In this document: piece by piece, positions 43,103-54,200 of the stretch
Layout of the letters: each line of letters starts with the position of its first letter
Position numbering within the stretch: the stretch's first letter is position 1
Assembly (NCBI GenBank): GCA_008690995.1
Contig: VRMN01000014.1
Location: 248,001-312,000, forward strand
Reading direction: 5' to 3'
Length of the DNA: 64,000 nucleotides
Source: Porphyridium purpureum
Taxonomy: Eukaryota
Position numbers and translations under genes: made by a program
Notes under the pieces: model-generated
Told to the model about the DNA's origin: nothing
The model's database searches: none
The model's input: the letters and a program-made list of their open reading frames with translations, nothing else

Positions 43103-44809
43103 GACCTTTACCAGAAACGTGACTCGCCAAACTCACCAAGTCCACACGCTGGCCACCGCGCAACACAATCACCACGCGCACGTCGATATGCTCCACTCAC
43201 AGAAAAAGTTCCACATGAAGCGTCTGCGACGACGCACTCAAAGCGACGAGCCAGCTGCCCGCACCAAGCACTTTCCTTTCCCGAGAGACTGCCTGAACCA
43301 CACTTCTTCTCTTCACGTCGACTCTTTAACAATCCACGTCCACTTCCTCAGAGCAACTCACACGTTTGGCCTTTCACCAGCCAACAAGTTGAAATACCCT
43401 TCTGCACGTCCTCATCTTCGGAGTTTGAGCCAGCCCAGACTCCCACAACGTCGGACACACCGGACACGAGACAGCCACCGCCACATCGCTGCGCCGCCAC
43501 ACACTTGCGCACAGAGCTTGACCCAAAGCGTTTGTTTCCGCACTCGGTCAGTCACCTTCCATGTGGCAGCATGAGCAGGCAGGTTAACGGACCGCGCTGC
43601 GCGGCGCCGCGCCGCACCGCATAACGGATTGTTCACAGACGCGTTTCTACCAGTCCGTCACTCCGGCGAGCCACTTGGCATGTCGCTCACACACGCGTGC
43701 GCGCTTTGTGTCCCAATCGAGCGACCTGCGAGCGGGTTCCACGTGGAAAACGTGGTCGCGCGCGCGCGCAGCGAGCGTTCGATGCTGCGGCAGCGTTGTG
43801 CGGCGTCAGCTTGGCGGATGCAGGAAGAAGCGTCGGCTCCGGTTCGTTGGTGAAGTGTGTCTGTTCGTCGCGCCGCACCGCCGGCGGCACTGGCGCCGAG
43901 GTGTCCAATGATCTTCTCGGACGGCTGGTGTGGCGCTCGACGGTCTGCGACAAGCAGAAGGCAGTCCGAGCGGATAGATGAGAGGCAGATGAGTATCTGT
44001 TCGTAGTGACGCTGCGTCATGCCCATACACGTCGAAGCCTCGTCCGCGTCGCAGTGATACGACCGAGCGCGGCAGGCGACAGGCGCTTGAATATCTTCTC
44101 TTGGGATCTCTCGGTGGATCAAGATATCTTTGTGCAGCGCCACGTAGGTGTCGACAGCAAAGTAACAAGCGCACCATTGACGCTAAGCTGCTTGGGGGGA
44201 GACACCTGTTATGGCTGTGTTGGCTGCCGGTCCCACGTCCGCACCCCGGCTGCTTTGGCTTAATTGTTTCGACGGTCTGCCACAAAGTGGAAACGGAACG
44301 CGCTTTTGTCGTTTCGCGCCGCGGACGCCTTGGCCTGCAGCAGACGAAATGGACGCCGTTTGATTGTAAACCTACGCACAGCGGCAGAATGAGCCTGTTC
44401 CTCGCATACGGACACTCACCAGCAGCACATGCGCGGTTGCTCGCGAATATGAGAGGCAAACACGACGACGACGCGGCGCGAACGTTCGTACGCGTGCCGC
44501 GAATGTGTCCAGACGGGACAAACGCGATAGGGCGGGGCCGTGTTCAGTGGCCCCGCTAAGCAGCAAAAACATACCCCGGTTTGGATTGCCAGCCGGCATC
44601 CCTTCGTGCGGACGCAAGGACGGCAGGCGACCGCGTTCCCCGGCAAGAAGAGCAAGCGTGTCTAGAGAACGAGAAGCGTTAGAACTGGCCGCGCTGTGTG
44701 GAGCGGGAACTGCTGCTGAGCAGCGGCGTGAGCAAGAGGCCTCGCAGCGTGCCGCCGCCGAGTCGCAGTAAAAGTGGCAGCACAGAGTTCATCCACGAAA
44801 ATGTCCTAG

Positions 44810-44945
44810 GAAGGATGGATTGGTACCGCAATGCCGCAGACAAAAGAAACGCAGAGGCACATTACAGGTTGGGAGGCTGCAACGAAAGCGGCGAGGGTGA
44901 TCCGCGCAAGGGGGAGCGCGTAACGGTCGACTGGCTCCGCAGATT
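44810..44945 (+). pseudogene. Isolated Sel1-like repeat remnant
   Basis: DWYRNAADKRNAEAHYRLGGCNESGEG..K....DWLRR resembles the Sel1 consensus; no flanking repeats. Confidence 0.5.
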
Positions 44946-45852
44946 AGAGACACGCGCGGGCCTTTGCAGGGTCGAAGGGACTACACGGGTGCTTGCGTCT
45001 GCGTTTAGGGACTCATTCATAATGAGCGAATACGTGCTAAGAAATCTCACAGATAATGCTCCTTGCCCGGGTCAGAACGGAACGCATTGCACACTTGCGA
45101 TCGGTGTGCATTGTCGGCACATTTGTCGTAGCGTGCCAGCAAGCGCATTGAGCCTGTATGCCCTTGCGGCCGTCGTTTGCCTTTACTTTTGGACAGCGAT
45201 GTGCGAAGATTGAAACACAGCAGGGTCGACAGGTGCGCGAGGCTTCTTTTGCCAGACAGCACCACGTTGCGCGCGGCAACAATTATCATGACGAGCGCTA
45301 GAGAGCACGACCATGCCGACGTGTACGCTGTGAACGCGCTGCCCTTTCGCAACCATAGTTGCTTCAAACGCGACATCCATTGGAACCCTTGCCAGCAGTC
45401 GTTGGCCCACAGGAAGGCAAACTCACAGACCAGCGTTTGCACGGACTCGCCCAGCTAACTGCAAGGTAAACCACACGCTTACACAAAAAATCATGCCACG
45501 AAACCCTCCCTCGGCGAAGAGGGCCAACGACTTGGCTGGACCATGAATCACCTGCTTTCGTCTTTCATCGCATCATCGCATAACCAAGCCAAGAACCCCA
45601 GAGCATCGAAAGGTGACACCCTGCACAAAGCATCCCACTTCCAAACAATACTAATCAAGCCCCAACGCCAAGTATACACACCCCACTCGACTCTTCTCCT
45701 CACTCTTTATCTCTGTCCCTCTCTCCTGCAACCACCCCAGCCTCCGCGTCAGAGTCACCCAGCACGCCCAACACCAAACCGCCTGAGCAGCACCCATCAC
45801 AGAACACTACTACAAATAGTGGGTGTTCTGTCACCGTACCTAATCGTACAGT

Positions 45853-45896
45853 GCGCCGTTAGCGCCGTTAGCGCCGTTAGCGCCGTTAGCGCCGTT
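45853..45896. repeat. Tandem 9-mer (GCGCCGTTA) x~5 upstream of asparaginase
   Basis: Direct reading. Confidence 0.9.
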
Positions 45897-46062
45897 TTGG
45901 CGGCGGCGTGCGGCGGCGAGTGCGAGTGAAAGAGGGAGAGGGACAGGCGGCAGAAGGTGAAGGGACGAGGAGGAGAAGAATGGGCGGCACTGGGATCTGT
46001 TTCGGTGTGTGTGGAGGCTCCTGCGCGGCGCCGGCGCGCCCGCGAGCTCGTGCGCTGAGAGA

Positions 46063-47562
46063 ATGGAGCGAGCGGCGAGTCGCGGCGCGGTGATGGCGCC
46101 GCAGAAGAGGCAGAGAGTCGAGGTCAGGCACGTGCACGGGCGCGTGGCTGCGGCAGCAGCGGCGTCTGGTGGGCCCGGTGAGAATGCGCGTGGCAGAAAG
46201 AGCTCGGCAAAGCTGGACGCGGCGCTCGCGGCGGGGAATGGCGTGCCGCACGAGGATGGTGCGAGTCTCGCCGCGGAAAATGGCAGTCAGGGTACGCAGC
46301 TTGAACCGGACTCGGGCGCGCTGGAAGTTGCCACAGTTGAGGAAAAGCAGCGCGGGCGCAAGCCCAAGTCCGAGCTGCGCGACAAGGTGATTCAGTACAG
46401 AAAGAAAAGTGCCGCGGGGTCGAACGGCATGGAGAGCGAAGGAGGAAGTAGCGAAAGTGAAAAGACGCATCCGCGTCGAAGGCCGGCGTCGGGCCTAACT
46501 TCGCCCATTCATCGCTCGAAGCGCAAGACCGAGCTCAAGAATGTGCTGATGGTGCACACCGGTGGCACGCTCGGGATGGACACGACCAGGTCTTTTGATG
46601 AGGAAAACGACTATATGATCAGGCCCGGCACAGGCGGCACGTACGAAAAGACGCTGCAACCGGGCTATCTGGCCAACTTGGTCGACGTTGTGCCTGAGCT
46701 ACTTGACGCGGCCAACATTGACCTCAAAGTCCTGTGCAACTTGGACTCTTCCAACGTAGGGCCAACCGAGTGGCAGATGATTGCAAAGTTTCTGCACAAG
46801 CACCGCGATCACTACGATGCATTTGTGGTAGTGCATGGCACCGACACTATGGCGTACACGGCGTCCGCGCTTTCGCTGATGCTTGCGGGCTTTGGCAAGC
46901 CAATTGTGATGACAGGCTCGCAGATCCCGCTGCTCTCGCCTCGCAGTGACGCACGACAAAACTTGATTGATTCAATCACGTGCGCATCGGCTGACACGCT
47001 TTTTGAAGTGGCCGTGTGCTTTGGTGGGCTGCTGCTGCGCGGGAATCGCGCGCAAAAGACGTCTACCAAGCTGTATCGCGCATTCACGTCGCCATCGCTC
47101 GAGCCGCTCGCCACGCTGGGCGTGGACATCCAGTGGAACGAAAAGCTGCTCCTCCCGCGGCCAGTCTCGTACCGCCCGCGCTTCAGGCTGGAGCCCATGG
47201 TGATGCGGCTGCCCATTATACCAGGCGTAGACCCGCGGCTCGCTTACGGCGACCCAGCGGCACGCGGCGTCAAGGGAATCGTGCTCGAGGCGTTTGGCGT
47301 GGGCAACATGCCCGACAAGCGCAAGTTTGGCTGGCTGCCCTTTATTAAAGCCGCGCGTGATGCCGGCGTGCTCATCTACCTAGGCTCGCAGTGCCAAACC
47401 GGTGCGCTCGCGCCAGAGTTGTACAAATCTGGCGCTGCGGCGCTCAAGTATGGCGTGTACAGTGCGAACCAGATGACGCCTGAGTGTGCTGTCGTCAAGC
47501 TCATGTTATGTTTGGCCTATTCGGACCTCAAGGTCGACTTTCCATTCGCTGGCGAGCTGTAG
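46063..47562 (+). CDS. Type I L-asparaginase with basic, disordered N-terminal extension
   Basis: HTGGTLGM, LDSSNV, HGTDTMAYTASALS, TGSQIP, LRGNRAQK, GVKGIVLEAFGVGN. Confidence 0.93.
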   Translation: MERAASRGAVMAPQKRQRVEVRHVHGRVAAAAAASGGPGENARGRKSSAKLDAALAAGNGVPHEDGASLAAENGSQGTQLEPDSGALEVATVEEKQRGRKPKSELRDKVIQYRKKSAAGSNGMESEGGSSESEKTHPRRRPASGLTSPIHRSKRKTELKNVLMVHTGGTLGMDTTRSFDEENDYMIRPGTGGTYEKTLQPGYLANLVDVVPELLDAANIDLKVLCNLDSSNVGPTEWQMIAKFLHKHRDHYDAFVVVHGTDTMAYTASALSLMLAGFGKPIVMTGSQIPLLSPRSDARQNLIDSITCASADTLFEVAVCFGGLLLRGNRAQKTSTKLYRAFTSPSLEPLATLGVDIQWNEKLLLPRPVSYRPRFRLEPMVMRLPIIPGVDPRLAYGDPAARGVKGIVLEAFGVGNMPDKRKFGWLPFIKAARDAGVLIYLGSQCQTGALAPELYKSGAAALKYGVYSANQMTPECAVVKLMLCLAYSDLKVDFPFAGEL

Positions 47563-47675
47563 CAGCGAACGAGGAGGCACGCGCGCGTGAGAGGATATCA
47601 TGCTTTTCTCTCCTTTTTTTATTAGTAGTTTGATAGAAGAGACGCACGAAACTCATCTACCCCTAAGTGTTGCGC

Positions 47676-48206
47676 CTAGTCCAAGTCGCTTTGGCTGCCG
47701 TCAGCATCCCCACTGCTTCGATCAAGTCGTTGCTGCCGCTGGCGCTGCTTTTCGCGCTTTTGTAGCCACTCGCCGTACAGCCACTTTTCGAGCGTCCGCT
47801 CGTTCTTGCCGCTCGCCTCGAGCTTCTCAATGTACGTTCGCACGTCGGCGCCCTTTTGGCGCTTACGCTTTGCAAGCCGCTGCCGCTCAGCCGGCACCAC
47901 AGACACCCACCACACCAGGAGCAGCGACGCGCACACCAGCAGCACAATCCAGTTTTCCACCGACGTCGAGCCGACTACTGCTGCCGACGCCGCCGCATCC
48001 ACATCGGGTCCTGACGCCTCCAATGCTACATGCGCACGCGAGCCCGAACGAGTGTAGCCGAACGAACGCACACGCGCGCGTCCCTCTACGCGTGGTCGAC
48101 GCAGAGCCACCGTCCGAGCGCCGCGAGAGCAAGCGACAGAGTGTGCCTGGTGTGTCGTCACGCGCGGTGCATTGCACAAACGAGAGCACGCAAATGCAGC
48201 CTCCAT
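47676..48206 (-). CDS. Small single-pass membrane protein, probable plastid transit peptide
   Basis: MEAAFAC start, Arg/Ser leader, TM WIVLLVCASLLLVWWVSVVP, charged tail ERTLEKWLYGEWL. Confidence 0.65.
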   Translation of the reverse strand: MEAAFACSRLCNAPRVTTHQAHSVACSRGARTVALRRPRVEGRARVRSFGYTRSGSRAHVALEASGPDVDAAASAAVVGSTSVENWIVLLVCASLLLVWWVSVVPAERQRLAKRKRQKGADVRTYIEKLEASGKNERTLEKWLYGEWLQKREKQRQRQQRLDRSSGDADGSQSDLD

Positions 48207-49171
48207 CCGTCTCACCGTCACTGCCGTCGCTGCCGTCACCGCGCGCGAGCTTCCACAAGCTGCTTGCTGCGCTCGACGCCGTGCCGCTGGAAAACGCCGT
48301 GGTCGGTGTTGTGGTGCGCGACAGCGAAGAGGCAGTGAGCGTGGATGTGCGCAATCATGCGATAAGCATCGACGCGCGCGCTGTCGAGCCGATGCTGCGT
48401 TTCGCCAAGCGAGCGCTGCGCGAGTCACGACACAACGAGGAACCGGAGCAACAGCAGGAGGAAGCGACACAATTGGAGTTTACTGCGGAACAAGTTTCAC
48501 GTGTGTTGCTATTGCTGGTCGGAGATTATGGCGCGGCGTGGAATGCACGCCGGCGGCGCCTGGCCGAGCTCTCTCACGAAGATGCACTCGCGCTCGAATG
48601 GGCGTACACAGCTGTCGTGATCCGTCGCTTCCCAAAGAGTAGCGAAGCATGGTGGCACCTTTGGTACATAACGGTGCGGCTGTTCGCGTCAAGCAGGCAT
48701 CCTATCCCAAAAGTGGCGCCAGACAAGAACATTGTGGCGCGCGCACGCGCCCTCTGTGAGCGCATTTGCGAGCAGTCGCCCAGCAACTACTATGCATGGA
48801 CGTTCCGAACACGCCTTCTCGTGCTCGAGCTCGAGGCCTGCGATGGCATGGACTCTGTGCGTGAGTGTGTGCGGCGCGAGCTAGAGTACGCGGACAGGTG
48901 GCTGTGGATGCATGTTTCTCAATCCTGTGTGTACCACTTTCGTCGCGCACTGATCGAGCTGCAGATTAAGCACTGCTGGTCGGCCGCAGAGTCTGTCAAC
49001 CAAGGCGTGCGACTCGTGCGCGCCGAGATGGCGCTTGCAGAGCGCGTGCAGCAGCGATACCCGCGCGCAGCGCCACAATGCATCGAGACACATACGGTTG
49101 CACTTCAGCGCCGCCTGTCGCTCCTTCTGGACGACGATACGACTGTGGAGCCGGTACCCGCTCTCAACTGA
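48194..49171 (+). CDS. Protein prenyltransferase alpha-subunit repeat protein (PTAR1-like)
   Basis: AAWNARRR, FPKSSEAWWH, PSNYYAWTFR, HVSQSCVYHFRRAL (PPTA repeats). Confidence 0.85.
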   Translation: MQPPSVSPSLPSLPSPRASFHKLLAALDAVPLENAVVGVVVRDSEEAVSVDVRNHAISIDARAVEPMLRFAKRALRESRHNEEPEQQQEEATQLEFTAEQVSRVLLLLVGDYGAAWNARRRRLAELSHEDALALEWAYTAVVIRRFPKSSEAWWHLWYITVRLFASSRHPIPKVAPDKNIVARARALCERICEQSPSNYYAWTFRTRLLVLELEACDGMDSVRECVRRELEYADRWLWMHVSQSCVYHFRRALIELQIKHCWSAAESVNQGVRLVRAEMALAERVQQRYPRAAPQCIETHTVALQRRLSLLLDDDTTVEPVPALN

Positions 49172-49175
49172 CCGA

Positions 49176-49736
49176 TTACCGGTCGTCGCGCGAGCGGTAC
49201 TGCGTCGATAACTCCAGAGTGTAGTCGGCATGAGGCGGCACGATTTCTGCAGCCATTCTGGCTGGCGACCATCCGATCAGCCAGTCTGGCTGGTCGTCAC
49301 GGTGCGGCTCGTCGTTGCGCACGTAGCTCCAGGCGCGCACGGTCTGTTCCTCGGACTTGGACTGCACGCTAATGGCGCGCCGTCTGTACATACCAAAGTG
49401 GACACCTTCAAACTCATCCAGAAAGGCGAGCAGCTGGGCACGCCCCGTGCGCTGCATGCCAGTGAGCGTGTAGAGCTCACCTTTGACTAGATAATGGCAC
49501 GCGCCGTCGCCTTGGGCTGGAATATCTGCTGGATCGATGAGAAACGGAATAAAGAAGGGCGGCATCACGACCAAGGGCATTGGAAAGCGCGTGACGGCCT
49601 CGCACCAGGGCTGCGCCTTGAGCGCGTCTGGCAAGTGCACGTAATTCGGGAACCCGCGTTTGAGCGTGCCGTACAAAAACAGATGGTCGACGGCCACACT
49701 GCCGTCCGGTGCTTCGTCTACCTCACACGCGCTCAT
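49176..49736 (-). CDS. Gamma-glutamylcyclotransferase (GGACT/AIG2-like)
   Basis: LFLYGTLKRGFPNY, VKGELY, LDEFEG..Y.R. Confidence 0.88.
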   Translation of the reverse strand: MSACEVDEAPDGSVAVDHLFLYGTLKRGFPNYVHLPDALKAQPWCEAVTRFPMPLVVMPPFFIPFLIDPADIPAQGDGACHYLVKGELYTLTGMQRTGRAQLLAFLDEFEGVHFGMYRRRAISVQSKSEEQTVRAWSYVRNDEPHRDDQPDWLIGWSPARMAAEIVPPHADYTLELSTQYRSRDDR

Positions 49737-51211
49737 TGCGATCCCAATAAAGTAATTACCACACAGGATAAAAGTAAAAAGAAACAAACGGCGTACTCCG
49801 AAAACGGGAAGACTCGGCCCTGTCACTTCTGACTTTTCTGACACCCACTCGCGTTTTCTATCCACGCTCCCGTGGCACTGCGCCACTCTCGGTGACAAGC
49901 CACACAGCACTGTAGAAACCACAAACACGGAGAATGATCCGCACCCACTGTCCCAGAGCGAAAAGAAATGCGTCGTCGAGCAGACCTGTTTCCACGTCCT
50001 TCTTCTCTGTCCTGTTCACCAGAACCCACATCCACCACCCACCGCAGAACCGGCGCACTACCGACCCACCGAACAGCCTAGCTCTTGCTTTCACACGTGC
50101 ACCGTCACGCAGTCCCGCGGCGTCTCTCATCCACCACCACTACCACCACCGCCACGACCGCCAGCCGCAGCAGCACATACCCATGAACCCATTCCACCCA
50201 CACCCACCCACCCCGCACGCGCCCGCAGCTCAGCAGCCACTGAGCACGCGGTCACCCAATGCACACTGTACTTCAGGGTACACTAGGCACCGCCTCACCC
50301 ATTCGTTTGCCATCCTTGATTATCGCTGGTCCAACACCGCCGTTTTGTGACATGTGTTTGTCGGCCCACATTCCCACGGCCACAGCTGTACACCCACCAA
50401 GAGCCGCTTGACGCGCGAAACCTCGCGCCACGGCGCCGCACAGCCAGACCACACCACCCGCGCGCCGCAACAAGCCTGCACAACCCGTTTCCTCTCGCTC
50501 AATTAGCGACATGCACGACGCTGCGTCGCATCATCGCCATGCTTGTACCAGCAACGCTCGCGGTCAATGTGCCAAGCCAGCGACATCCGCACTTTCCCAT
50601 CGATCCCAACACACTCCGCACTCAATCGCTCCTCCCCCCGTGCTCTTCTCAAACACCACCGCTCAACCCGGTCGAACCCGGTCGAACCCGGTCGAACCGG
50701 GTTACCGGTTAACGGTTATCGCGGTGGTTTGTATGGGGTTTTCGAGAGGTCCAACCCGATAAACCGCTTGTGCGCGTGGCGGTACAGCGGTGGCTTCTTG
50801 TTGCTGAACACCCCACATGCGGTGCAAGCCTACTGTACATGCACGCGTGTACACCAACTCAATCAACTTGGCGGCGCGTCTACTAAATTGGCGCTGTTTT
50901 GTTAGGGAGATGTTTTTTAACGTTGGAAATTAACATTTTGGTGAACGGAGGAAGGACGAAGAAGAAAGAGGAAGAAGAAGAAGAGAGGGGGAGAGGGGGA
51001 GAGAGAGAGGGAGAGAGACTGAGGACGAGTGGAGGGGCGGTGTGTGTATGCAGTGCTGGATGCACGCGCATGCATAGACGCCGGCCGCGTGAGGGGTGTG
51101 GGACAGCGTGCGGTGCTCATTGTGGGGGTTACAAGAAGTTGGGGGTGTGGGGGGTTGGTCGGGTAGTTTGGATGACGGCGTGTGGAGAGACCGCGTGGCT
51201 GGGTTGATAGG

Positions 51212-54200
51212 ATGAGGAGGAAGCTGGGAGTCGTGCTGGTGGTGGTGGTGGCGGTACTGTGCGTGGTGGTGCGTGCGCGGGTAAAGGCGCACGTGCATGA
51301 GGGGCGTGGGGATGGCGTGGAGACGCCCGCGCAGCAAGAGCGCGATGCGCTGCGAATGACGGAGGACGGGCTGCAGCACGAGTGGCACAGGCTGGAGGAG
51401 GAGCAGAACGGGTATCGTGGCGTGGTCGTGCGTGCTGTGGTGCGGCACGTGCCGGAGGAGTGGCGAGATGCTGGACCAGTGCAGGTGCGCTTGGATGGCC
51501 TGGACGGCGTGCGGCTGCTGGAGCACGCTCAGGACGCCAACGACGCGCGCCGCGAAGTGCTCTGGATTCTGGTCGACCGCGAGCTGCTGGATGAAGCAAC
51601 TTTAGACCCGGCGCGTGCCCAACTGGTGATTGAGATGTCCTCGCCCGCACTGGGTGTTGTCCAGCACCAAACTAGGGCGCTAAACGCGCTGATCCCGCGC
51701 CGCGTGTCGCGGAGGCTTGCCGAGCGCTCGAGGCGCCACACGCAGAACACTGATGGCCCGGACAGCAACAAGGAAGAAAGGAGCCACCAGAGAAGACCAC
51801 GCACGGTAGCCAACGCAAGGCCCGCGCATGAATCTGGCCCGCGGTCCGACTTGCACGCGCACTCCCGGAGGCACGCTACGGCTGCAGCCACGGACCCATG
51901 GGAGGAGTTCCGCACACACGAAAGAAAGGTCCACGCCGCTCGCGAGCAGTTCCTTGGCTCGGGGATTCTGCACACGAACGTCGCGACAGACCCCTTGGAC
52001 GACGGCTTGAATCGTTTGGATCACGACGGTGATGCAAGCGGCACCGGACCGGCTGCCTCGGAGCAACATGTGCAAGGCGCGTTGCACACCGTCTTGTTTA
52101 ACACCTCAGCGAGCGGTCGGGAAGTGCACGACGCGCTTTGCGTCTTGCACGCGCACGCCACCGCGCTGTTGCCGGAACTGCCGAGCAGCTACTCGGATAT
52201 CCTTTCGCCGACGTTCGTAGCTATTGCGCAAGCGCTGGAACAGCAAAACGTGCGCCATCAGCACCCTCACGGTCATGCGTCGTCAGGAATTGTCTCGGCG
52301 CGATGGTACAGCCAGACCGCGTCGTTGCAGGCGCTGTCCGCGTTTGGCTGGCTGTTTCTTGTCGGCGACTCGCGTGCGAACCTGCCTCAACGACATGGTC
52401 CCGGCGACTGGCGTATTTCGCTGTTTGGAATGCGAGCGCCCAGTGCCAGGCGGCGCGGCCGGCTCGTGGCTATTCCACGCGGCGTGGCCATGGCCAAAAC
52501 GTGCTTCGACGCCGCTGCGTCTCTTGGTGACGCCGATGCACACGCGATGCTCGGTTTTCTGTATGCGTCATCTTCTGGGAGTGCCAACGTCGACAAGGCA
52601 ATTTTGCACTGGACGTTGGCGGCGAATGGTGGGAGCGCGTATGCCCAAATGGCTCTTGGCTTTCGGTACATGTACGGCATCGGCGGTCTGGAAAAGAACT
52701 GTGACACTGCCGCCATGCTGTATGAACGCGCAGCCGCGCGTGTCGTCGGAGACGAATTGGTGCTTTCGGAGCATCCGGGCGCCGCGTCGTCTGGCACAGA
52801 CCCGCAGCCTGATCTTCAGCAACATGTGCACATGCACAGCATCTCTGCATCGCCCACGGGCGATCTCATGCAGTATCACGCGTCACTCGACCGCGTGCGG
52901 CTGTCCGAGCATGCCGACGCCGGGCTGTCAGGGGCTGGAGGTGTGCGCGGGAAGTTGAGAAAGCAAGGCCCGGACGACGAGATCATCCAGTACTACATTC
53001 ACAACGCGAACAACGGGGACTCGACTGCACAGGTCATCATCGGGCAGCTGTATTTTTTGGGGCTACATGGCATGCCACGTGACGAGCGGCGCGCGCGCTA
53101 CTGGTTCGAGAAGGCCGCCGAGCTGTATGATGCCCGCGCGATGGCTAACCTAGGCTTTATGTACGCGCACGGGCTCGGAGGTCTCGCGCGCGACGACGCG
53201 CTTGCACTGGAACTGTTTGAGCGCGCAACCGAGCAAAATGATGCAGCCGGCTGGAACGGACTAGGCTGGTGCTACACATACGGCGTGGGTACACCGGATC
53301 GCGCCCCGGACTTGGCCAAAGCGTTCAAGTATTTTTCCAAGGCCGCTGAACTGGGTCATGCCGAGGCCATGTATAACGTCGGCGTGATGCAGTTGTCCGG
53401 TGCCACAGGCAGCGCAAGCGCGCCCAAGGGCGCAGAATTTGCATTCAAGAGCTTTAAGCGCGCCGCGCGCCGCGGTCACTGGAAGGGCATGTATCAGGCA
53501 GGTGTCATGTTCCGCCACGCACATGGCGTTAGCGCACATCACCCACACCAGCAGGTGCATGGCGATGCGCACACAAATCTGGTACATGCGAGCCATTGTG
53601 AGGCGGCGGCGCGGTTGCTCAAGCAGGTGGCCGAGTTTGGCACCAGCGTCAGTGTGCTCCTCCAGCGCGCCATTGACGCCTACGAGGACGCCGATTACGC
53701 AGCGGCGCTGATGCGCTTCCGCATGGCTGCAGAGGCAGGTGTTGAAGTTGCGCAGCACAACGCCGCATTCATTTTTGAGCGGCACAATGTCGAAGCGGAT
53801 TTGGGTTTTACTTCGGCTTCCGAATTCGTCGCGGCAAATGAAGTCGGGCGCCTGGATGGGCCGCGCAGTCTCGGTGCTCCTGTCATGCCTCCGCTGCTGA
53901 TGGACCGCGTGCCGTCGGGGGTGTACGCAGCTATGGACGAGTATGAGCGCTCGGCCATTCAGGGCGCGTCCGACTCGGCGCTGCGGCTCGGCGACTTGGC
54001 ATTCGAGCTGTTTGACTACGATAAGGCGCGTGTGTCTTACCTTGCGGCCTCAAGTGCGGAGCTTGCCGTGGCAGCACAAGCGCGCGTGAACCTTGCATGG
54101 ATGCACGCCCGGGGAAAGGGCTTTGAAAGCAGCGATCTTAACATGGCCATGCGGTATCTCACCAGTGGTTTGCATGAGGACTCGAACACTGGCAGTACTG

